Source: Eledone cirrhosa (lineage: Eukaryota). From it: a stretch of DNA of 64,000 nucleotides. Position 1 is the stretch's first letter, and every line of letters begins with the position of its first letter. The DNA is taken from positions 48,608,001 through 48,672,000 of the forward strand of contig OZ024740.1 in the NCBI GenBank assembly GCA_964016885.1. Reading direction: 5' to 3'. Below are positions 53,916 to 64,000 of the stretch, piece after piece. Below the pieces are notes generated by a model, which ran no database searches, was not told the DNA's origin, and saw only the letters and a program-made list of their open reading frames with translations. Made by a program: the position numbers and the translations under genes.

Positions 53916-54944
53916 GGGAATTTCTTTTTCAGTCAAAGTTGTGTGTTTTTTGTTTTGTTATTACATTAAGTAAAGGGACCACAAGTTTCAGTGTGGAAAA
54001 AGGTACAATCTAAATCGAAACACAGTTATTGATATTAGTTCATATTTTATGAACCCAGAGGAAAATAAGACAAAATCGACATATGGCTTTGAACTTTGTT
54101 AAAAAAGAAAAAGCGCATTTTGTCTGCTTGCTTTATCATGTCTAAGTTTTGTTGATTATCAACAGAACATACGCGGAATGTATGTCACCTTACTTATTGT
54201 TAGTGATTCATTTGTCACAAAAGAGAATTTTATTTAACTTCAATCACTTATGCACCGTTCTACGGATCTCCTCACATTGTGGGGAAAACCCAATTTTAGC
54301 AAAGTTAGATTGCACCACTCTCATCTCCCTGAAGATTGATAATATACGTATCGGACATCGTGTGTCCCCACCTCGTTGCAATATTTAGTAAATATATATA
54401 ATAATTGTTTCTACTTTTGGCACAAGGCCAGCAAATACCCAGTGTATTACTGGTGCTTTATTTTATCGACCCCGTAAGGATGAAAGGCAAAGTTAACCTC
54501 GACGGGATTTGAACTCAGACCGTAAAGGGACGTAACCATGCTGGAAAGCATGGCGTCCGACTCTACCGATACTGCCAATCCACCGTCCTCGGAGAATAAT
54601 AATGAATATGGAAAAGAATGTTCGATGAAAGAGAGCTTAATTTAAGTTTTAAATTTACATGAACTTTTCAATATAAGTTTTTCTTCTGAAATTATTGACT
54701 GTAAGGACCCCCCCCCCCCCATATCTTGAAAATAATGAATGTATATTTTAACAATATTTCTTTCTTTTTCTCAGGCCTCTCTTTCGTTTTCTTTCCTTTA
54801 TTTTCATTTTCTCTCCCGCGTCTTTTTCTTTTTCTCTTATTTCCTTTATTTTCCTTTTTCATTCATCCACCTACCAAAATCATTTTAAAGTAATTCGTTT
54901 TCTATATTGATATAATTGAATTTTCTTATTTTTTTTTTTTTTAG

Positions 54945-55089
54945 ATGGGACATAAAATATCCCGTTGTCCTCCGGTGTACAGAAAAGAAAAATCGCAACA
55001 CAGTACTCCCACAAATATTCGCCCAGTCAGTCGGGACTTAATGATAAGTTACAGCCACTCGAACAAGGAATTTATGTTAGCTTTAAAAG
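54945..55089 (+). CDS. TIR-domain protein, first coding exon (MGHKISRC...RDLMISYSHSNKEFMLALK)
   Basis: Poly-T acceptor TTAG|ATG, TIR box-1 motif DLMISYSH, phase-1 donor AAAG|GTTGGT that joins in frame to the next exon. Confidence 0.85.
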
Positions 55090-55394
55090 GTTGGTTTCTT
55101 ATTTCCATTCATTTTGTGACAATCTTACCTTTTGTATCTTCCAAAGTAATTCAGACAATTCCCATCGCCAAGGGTTGAAAGCTAAGGAAACGTGTTTATG
55201 AGAGAGTTCTGTAAGTTCATACAATTACCACGAGGGGTGTAGAATTTGTTTCGGTTCGGTGAAATTTAGCCGAAGGTCAACTCTAAATCCTCCAAGGTAT
55301 TTTTCACCCGTCTCCCCCCAAATTTTCTAAATTTTTTTCGTGTTCTATAAACTAATCTTACTTCCAAACATGCTGCAAATGATTTTTTTTTTTA

Positions 55395-55753
55395 TCCCGG
55401 AAGGCGGGGGCGGGGGGCTCTTTTTCGTGAATTATAATAGTTTTTTCTGTTAACTGTACTTAGTAACAAATGTCAGAAGGGTTAGGTTTAGGGGAAAACT
55501 TGTGAAAAGAAAAAAATGATTTCCATCAAACGCGAAAGGGGTGTAAATCTGTGAAACCTGAAGTCTTTCCCTTATTCCCTCTTTTTTTTCTTCAAAGCTA
55601 GTTGTTTCCGATTGGTTTGGCGGTCAGTTTAGTTGTTAACACGAAAAAAAAAAAAAGTTAAGAAAACTTCCGGGTATGGCGGAGTGAAAAGTCTGAGGGG
55701 CTCCCCTCCCTTTTCCGGGGAAAAAGTCTTTTACAGCATATTCGGAAGTAAGT
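55395..55753. promoter_or_regulatory. Intronic promoter-like element, possibly bidirectional
   Basis: GC boxes GGCGGGGGCGGGG (~55403), ATTGG (55611), several CTTCCGG/CGGAAG ETS cores, ATGGCGG (YY1-like) and a + strand donor GAA|GTAAGT at 55748. Confidence 0.55.
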
Positions 55754-58700
55754 TTAATTGATAGCACACACACACAAAAAAAAAAAATGGGGGGGCGGAA
55801 TCATGCATTGCCTTTGATGATTGTTTTGTGTTTTTTGTTCAGCATTCGTTGCTAGTTTATAATAGAACCTTTATCATTAAAACACCCTATGTAACATATT
55901 ATGATGCCTGCGAAACCTACGCATATGTCAGTCTTAATTAGCAACATTACTAGATTGGTGGTTCGATAATAATCTATCGATTCTACAGGTGGTTGATTTG
56001 GGACCCTAAAAAAACGTAAGAAACTTTTGGTTAAATTTCGTAACTTTTTGGTCGGTTGTTAAATAATTTGAGAACTTTGAATTTTATTAGGTAAGACATA
56101 CATACATATATTATATACATAATGTGTGCACGCACGCGGTGACATTCCTATGTCCTCTTTATCTCTTTCACTTTCACGTAGGATTGTTGTTATCGTGTTT
56201 TATAGCAACAACCATAGCAGTAGTAGTAATTTCCTTATTTATGTGGCGAGGGGAGTGGGTAGAAACTCAAAACAATTATAGAGGAGTGGCTTCCACTGTT
56301 AAAACTTTACCAGTCATTCAGCTTTCTGGGTGGAAGTTGGGAAATCATTTCACTATTCTTTTTATTCCGTCGTCTTGCTATGTAACCAGTTCACACTTTC
56401 CTATATACAGCGTGTCCTCTTCTTTTTCTTTCCTGTCGTATTTTATTTTCATCTTAGTCTCTTTTCTTTTTTTTCTCTTGTGTTTTTTTTAACAATGATG
56501 AAATAAGTTTTGAAACATAAAAGTATATTTAATTACTTGAAAATTTTGGGTCAAACATACTAGCACTTTATTTCTGTTTTCTTATATTATATATAAATAT
56601 GTGGGGGGGGGGGGGGGGGGTGCAGTGTTATACTTGTCACAGATGTTTCAAACTTTCAGGCTAGTGCTTTCTCTCTCACCTGCTGTCAGACTGCAGCTTT
56701 TGGTTAAGTTTCTTAACTAGTATTCTAGTATTTATTTATTTATTTTCAAATCTTACGTTGGGATATAATTAGTGAACATACACGTATATAGGAGTTTCTC
56801 CAAAATAACCTCCAACCACCCACCCACCATAGATTAATATAAGATATTGATATAATCTAGCCCTAACCCCAAACCCAATTTCGAATTAGTTCAGATTATA
56901 CTATTGTTTTATTTAATCAACCATCGACAAGGGGCTATCAAGAGAAGCACTACACACACACTTAACACTTCATATATATTTAAAAACACGTATTAAGAAA
57001 AAGTAATAATATTTAGTTAATTCAGAAGTACCCACGTTTATTCGTTACAAAGAAAGTTATTTACTTTCCTATTGTGTACACGTAATCGACTGACTTTTCA
57101 TTATTTATTGTATACTTCCGTTTTTTATTGTATTTGTAGTGGCCTAAACATAAACACAGAAGAATTTGTTTTCATGGTGCCTTCTAATTTCATGTTGATA
57201 AATAATATCAATTAGGATAATGTCAGATTTTCTTCAGAAAAATGTAATTTCTACAACTATGAAATGCAAAAAAAATCGTGATTGAAAACTTGTCTTCGCA
57301 TAATTTCTTTTTTTAAAAATTCATTAAAAAAGTTATGTGGAAAGAAAGTTGGGGTGGATGGAGGGCACTAAACTATACTCGTATAAGTTACGTCAAATTG
57401 TATACTTAGTAAAAATGCATATCTTACATTTCACATTATCCAGTACATCCTCTGCTGGTGTCATGGCAAAAAGCACCCAGTTCACACTGTAAGATGGTTG
57501 GCGTTAAGGGCATCCAGCCGTAGAAAACAGCGTATATGAGCAAGATGTAGTCATCTGTCTAACCTATAACAAGTATGGAAAAATGTTATTAGGGATGTTT
57601 ATTTGTATGTAGCAATAGTACTGACCCTGTTATGTATACATGCAAACACGCGTGCAAATTTTCTATAGGTTAATGGACAAGCAAATGGTTTGAGTTCGAA
57701 AGTGAGGATGTGTTTTGGTCGGTTTCTTCCTCTTTTTTTTTTTATGTCTAAGTCATAGGAAGTAGAGCAATGTCCAAGACTCTATTCAGAGCCACTGAGA
57801 CTGGTGGAAGCTATTTACTCTCAGAAAGGAAACCTAGTTTAAATGCAGGATTTTGTCAAGACACCGAAAGACCAACTGGTAGTCCAAGCTGGTTAATGGA
57901 TTAAGATTAACTCCAAAGAATATGACCAATCTCTTTCACAGGCTTCCACACACATTCCTCTCTACCAAATTTTTACTCACAAAGCTTTGGTCAACTCTTA
58001 GCTAGAAGACACTTGCCTAGAACTCTGCAACCTGGAATTGACTCCAGAATCTCATAGTTACTCAACAAACTATTAAACTATACAGCCTGACTTAACTTAC
58101 TTATGATTAATGGTATTCCAACCATAACCAAACTAATTTTTATTCAGACATTATGTATCTAAGACTACATTGTCCATTGTGTCCTTATTTTTATGACTAT
58201 AGGTGAAGTTTGAGGGATATTTGACTGCTATTTCTAACAAGTCAAATGACCACATATCAGCTCCCTTATTACTCCAGTGTTACAGTTGTAGTTGATGTAA
58301 GGTCTCTGGTCAAACCTGATTGAGCAGATCTTCAATCAAACATGCTCTAGTTATCCCTTCCATCAGAAACTAAATTGCCCAGTTTTCTCCCCTTTTTTTT
58401 TTTTTTTAATTGATGTGATTTGGTGGAAAATTTTGCTGCTATTTCTGACATGTCAAACAGCTGCATAGAGGCACATGTTCCAGCATTCATTAAGAGAATC
58501 ATTAACTGAATGAAGTGTATTTGTGTAGTTTTACAATTCAGATTAACTGCAATAATACTAAATTGTTGTACAATATGAACTCTTAGTGCAACAAAAAGAG
58601 ATTGGGTGTGTGATTTCATCATTTCTGTTTATAGTTTTGTTATATAAATATGTAGGCTAAACCAATAAGCCTCCTCCCACCAATCTAGTTCTGTATTTAT

Positions 58701-59270
58701 TTTTCATATTTTTTCCTAATATGATGGTTTTATTAATCCAAAAGAGTATAGCTTGAAAAGTATTCAGCGACTCCTTTTGATACCAACTGACTCAAGGCCA
58801 CCCCTGTGTTTAATATACAAACCTCTTATCATTCTAATGTTAAATTTATGTTAAATCATTTTTTAAATAACCAAGAATTTGTAGGGATTTAGTAATATAG
58901 CTTTCTCCTTATTATACTGTATTATACTGGTGTTTCAAATATAATATATATTATATATCCTTACATGTTTTTAAAGATAAATACAAACACTTTAAAATAA
59001 ATAGTTTAATATTATAGAACCAAAGGCAGTTTCAGGTATAAATTAAAACCATTCATTATAATTTCATATAAATTATGTTAACTTTTTTGTCAAGTTATGG
59101 TTTTGCAAATACCAATAAATAAAAATGTTAGTTTACTAAATTTTTCCTTGTTATTCTCAAAACTAATTGAAACATAATATAGTTTCATTAGAAATATGGC
59201 CATGAAAAGGTTAAATAGAGATAGATTTCCATCACTGGCCTTAAAACCCATAAGTTATAAGCCTGAATAT

Positions 59271-59496
59271 TAACCCTTTTGTTACTATGGGGGAAAAAAC
59301 ACTGCAAATGTATTTCAATTAATTTTGAAAAGTAAGCAAACATTTTGAGGAATTTAGTAAAATAACATTTTCTTTAGTTAGCTGTTTGGTACATTACTTA
59401 AAATGTTCTTACATAAAATTATGATGGACAGTTTTAATATAATTATGAACAGTTTAAAACAGGCAGTTTTAGGTGGGTTGGTATTAAAAGGGTTAA
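59271..59496. mobile_element. piggyBac-type (TTAA) MITE, family B
   Basis: TTAACCCTTTTG...AAAAGGGTTAA. Diverged relatives at ~28660, 30150, 35560-35955, 42810, 44095, 47657 and 58770. Confidence 0.65.
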
Positions 59497-62400
59497 AGTT
59501 GGTTTGGCTTTATGATGAATCAGTTTTGATTTTCTGTTGCAATTTTTATAATTGTCTTTACCTGAGACATTGTATCAAATCATGGTATCTGGATAAAGTT
59601 TGAGGACTGAAATTCCAGTCTGCTCTGTATGGTTGTAATCTTTAAAATTACTTCCAGTTCTATCATTGTAACTGTAAGTACTCTATTAGATGGGATATAG
59701 GAAACCAGGGCCTCGTTTCAATAGTGATTATGAAGAACAAAAATATTCGCTTATCAAATACTTCAGCTTTGCATATAAAAACCAGTTTGTTTTTTTTTTG
59801 TTTTTTCTTCTGGTAAAAAGCCTTCAAATACAGTATCTCTTAAGCCCTGCAGAGATTGAGAGTTGGAAGTTCTTGTTACCTAGATGGGGTAATCCCCACC
59901 CTTTCTCCTGCTTGGGTAGGTTACTAGCATATCTAAGGTTTATTTATAGTTTGTTTTATATTGAAATTGCTGAACACTAGAAGTGTTTACAACTTTCTAA
60001 TGAGCCAGTTACTGGTTCATTGTATTTGTGATGGTGAGAGACGATGGATTGTCCAATGGTGTTTATAGCCTTCGGAAAAAAAAAATATATATACTTATTT
60101 GATGAACATCTACAAAGTTTCTATCAACCAAATTGCAATAACCCTAGCCTATGGTAGATGCTGTTACACAGTAGGACATAACTCAAAACCACACAGCTAT
60201 ACCTATCTATTCCTGAGAGCTGGGTGAGCTGAGGTATGTAGAATATAAATGTATGAGCCACACAGTAGATTTTAAACTCAAGTCTCTTTTTAGAAAATAG
60301 TTCTTGTTGCAGTATTGGATGGAAAGGTAGAAATTTAAAAACTAGAACAGCTACAAACAATTAGTAAATAATAGTAACTCTGCTATTTTATTGTTCTGAT
60401 CACTGCTATAAATATAATACTTTGAGTAATAAGTTTAAAGGGTAGATTTAATTACTCCTATAGATGCAGTGTGTTGCTGTTAACTCATTTTGGCAAAATG
60501 TGAACAGTTATTATATAAGGTCAACAGATTTTAAATTCCAATGTATTATAGGCTGTGTTACTTAGTTACTGCAATAAACATATTTGCCATTCAATATGAA
60601 ATAGGATAAGAATATTTGATTTGGCTAGCTTTGTTCTAGACTTGTAAATAACAAGGAGTTATAACCTTTTATGAAGGTTATCTTTGATATTCCAGTTATC
60701 AGTACAACCTAGTTGCTATGGTATCAATCACAGAAGGAGGGGAGGGGGAATTAAATTTAGTGTGTTTCAAACTAAGATTTCATTTCACTTAATTGTGTGC
60801 TTTGTTTGTGGATATTGTGACTTCTTTTTCCAACTGAAAATCGTAACTCCTTTTTGTGTGGATGTCATATGGCTTTTCAGTTTGACTTTTGCGGCTTCTT
60901 TCTATGCAGACATCGTGTTCTTTGTATCTAATATTCATTGAACAATGGGATTAAAAACAGTGACAATATCTCAGGCAAACCAGGACGAATCAAAATTGTC
61001 CTCATCAGATCTCTGTTTAAATGAGTCAATCATTTTTATATTGCAGATAAGAGAGAGTTAACAATACTTAAGTTTATGTACAAGAAAATGCTGTATGTCA
61101 TGTTTTTTCTGATAGGTTTGTTTTATTAAAAACATATTGAAAGAGAAGCTGAGCACACGAATACTATGTTCTAGGATTCAATATCACTAAACCAGGTGTT
61201 CTGGAGATCATAATGTTTCATAGTTTGGCATACTAGCAGAATGTGGTCACCTGGCCAGATTAGTCTCGGCATGTGATGCCCCATCTAACCCATGCAAGCA
61301 AGAAAAGTAAACGTTAAACAGTGAAGATGATGGTATATAAACTGGTAGTGCTGGTGCCATGATAAAATGCACCCAGTATACTCAATACAGTGCTAGTACT
61401 GGTACCACAATATAATACACATACAGTACACACTATAATGGTTGGCATTAAGGACAGCTGTAGAAACTTTGCCAGCATGGGAAGCCGACATGACTACGAT
61501 GATGATATATACATACACTCACTGACCTGAAATATCATGACTCAGATAACTGCCAAATGTCATCTGAGATTCTACTAGGTTTAAACTAAAACTTTATAAT
61601 TGTCACATGTATATGTTCTACCTGGATGTTTTAATCCTTAAAATATTTTATAGAAAGAGTAAATATACATCTTTACATAGAATAAATTGTGTATTGTTGT
61701 ATTACGTAATATTTCTATATTTGGTATATTGAATTTGTGAGTTATGCATATGTGAGTAGCCAGCTCGGTAACATAATTAGGTCATACAGCAGTAACGTTT
61801 TCATTTATTTATATACTTTTATTGTTGTGCACATGATCATGAATTTCTACATGTAATGACACAGTTGTTGTTTTAGTACCAAGTCAGCCATATGATGAAA
61901 GGCATTCTAACTATGATCATCCCTATCCATTTTTTTTAAACATTACATTGTCCAACACATACCCTTCTTCCATGGGAGGGAATAATATAACCCAAGGGAG
62001 ACATGGCTGCCATATCCAGCTGGTCAACAACCACATAGAAGCTCACTGGTTGGCTTCTGTTAGCTATCATCATTAATTTTGGTGGTTATAGCTGTTGTTG
62101 TCTAGTCCCAGATTTGCTCCTATCAATCAGGTCCATAATCATGACACTCTAGATCTGATTATCCAGTCTCTCTTCAATGAACAGTTTATCCAATGTGTCT
62201 ATTGTAAGATAGTAGTCTGTATTTTAAGAGAGATTTAGCTGCTCTCTATAGCAGGTCAACTAACAATGCAGAAGCTTCTGTATTGACATACAATGACATA
62301 TTTTAAATGCTAATGTTTGCAATGGTGATATTATTATTATTAAAGTTGACTAGTTAACTTGATGCTCTACAAATTTAAATTAGCTGTGGCATAAATTGCA

Positions 62401-63341
62401 ATTTAAGATTATTAGACTGCTCTAGATTTTTCTGGAACTAGCCAAATGCTCACATTCAAGAATATACATATTGTTTTATTTGTTATAAACAGCTTTAACC
62501 TGCAAAAGACTGTGTGTGTTATATAACATTATTTTGCATTTTAATATATCAAGGTTTATATCGTTCTTCTAATTATATTTTGGACAAGAGTTAACTGCCT
62601 GTATATGCTTCAATTATTTTTTAAGATTGTGGAGAGGCTTTAGTAAATATAGTTGTTCATCTATTAACATTGTAAACCCAGATTTTGAACATTAGATTAT
62701 TAGATTCTGTAAAAAAGCAACAGCCTATAATGGATATTTGGGGTGAGATTAATGATCCCACAGGCAATATTTGATAGCATGTATGGTCCTGTAACTCTTG
62801 ATAGTCATAGGGAAGCCGTATTGACATACAATGTTTCTTGGGCATTTTAAGCCTGGCGGAGTTCATCCCTCTCCAGGTCAAGAACAGCAGATTTCTTCCA
62901 GAGAAAGATAGAAAGTGAGAGAGAGGAAATGAGAAAGAGATATAGAGGAAGAATCCCCCAATACTAAACTGGTGCTTTTTTTATCGACCTTGAAAGGATG
63001 AAAGGCAAAGTTGACCTCTGCGGGATTTGAACTCGGAGAGCAGAGACCCGGAAACGAATACCATAATGCATTCTATCCAACGTTCTAACGACTCTGCCAA
63101 TTCACCACCTACTTGATACATTAGAAATAGATTAAATTGATAACAGTTTTTTTTTTTTATTTATTTATTTTTTTTTTTTTTATTATAGTAGGGTTTAAAT
63201 AGTAACTATTTTTAAAGAGAAAGAAGACAAAAAACATGAGGTAGCAGAAATAAAGATGTCTTGAAGGATTTTATAGATGCCACATTGTTCCTCTTTGATA
63301 ATTTATTTATTTATTTTTTTTTTTTTTTAATGCATATTCAG

Positions 63342-63445
63342 AAAATCTAGAAAAGAACAACATTAGTGTTTGGGTAGACACTGCTGACATAGGAGCTGGT
63401 GCTGACTTTCTTATAAAAATTGGACAAGCTATCATTGAGTGTAAA
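63342..63445 (+). CDS. TIR-domain protein, second coding exon ((E)NLEKNNISVWVDTADIGAGADFLIKIGQAIIECK)
   Basis: Poly-T acceptor TTCAG|, donor AAA|GTAAGT. The VWVD...I.AG.DF...I..AI pattern matches TIR betaB, BB loop and alphaB, and the phase matches the upstream exon. Confidence 0.88.
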
Positions 63446-64000
63446 GTAAGTGAATATCTTGAAGTTGTTTCTTGCTTTTGAAAATTCTGTTTTATATTCA
63501 TGTGTTGGTTTGTCAGAAACATTTTATGGCAGGAAATAGTTTGTGAAATATTTAATGCTAATAATTTTTTACATTTTCATATTTCATTTCAACTATCAAA
63601 AAGGATAAAAAATACGATTAGAAATTAAGATGTAAGAAGGAAAACAATTTTGATATAATTTTATATATCATCATACTATATATTACAAAATAAACACTGA
63701 AAAGATGCAATAATAAATGTTGTGTCCTGTATGCAGAAGCAACTAGAAACATATTTTAAACTAGCAAAAGAGCCCATCGTTGCTGGGCACACCTTTCACC
63801 ACTGTAAATAAAGACCTCTTTCCTCAACATTGCCATCTTTAATAACCCAGAACTCTGCTATTTTAGGGGAGAGCAAGATTTAAACTATATGTTGACATGC
63901 TTCCGGAGCTAAATAACCTATGTATCAAATTTGAACAAAATTAGATGGAAACTGTTGCAATGCATTGCCTGCATACATTTTCGTTTTTATATATATATAG

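Noticed and set aside
59690-59980. AG|ATGGGA ORF (MGYRKP...) resembling an alternative start exon of the TIR gene
   Set aside because: No TIR box 1, the nearest plausible donor is in the wrong phase for exon 63342, and it runs through poly-T.

Overview
AT-rich, repeat-dense eukaryotic DNA. The SINE, RTE and microsatellite content points to a cephalopod (octopus-like) genome; this is inference. The only convincing host protein-coding gene is the 5' part of a + strand TIR-domain gene: coding exons 54945-55089 and 63342-63445 join in frame and the gene continues past the window. The rest is mostly mobile DNA: a near full-length RTE LINE with a PHD-like finger in its RT, an R4/Dong-type element sitting in (TACA)n repeats, CRE-like, Gypsy-like, Chapaev3-like and Helitron remnants, several SINE and MITE families, a Penelope-type hammerhead motif and a tRNA-Gln pseudogene. 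Three promoter-like patches lie at about 19.7, 53.7 and 55.6 kb. The most striking unexplained structure is an old inverted duplication (about 31.4-36.0 kb versus 43.8-45.5 kb). Its flanks have decayed, but a ~390-bp non-coding core is nearly identical between the arms and could form a long-range dsRNA stem in a transcript from the 19.7-kb promoter. All alignments were done by eye, so repeat boundaries are approximate.
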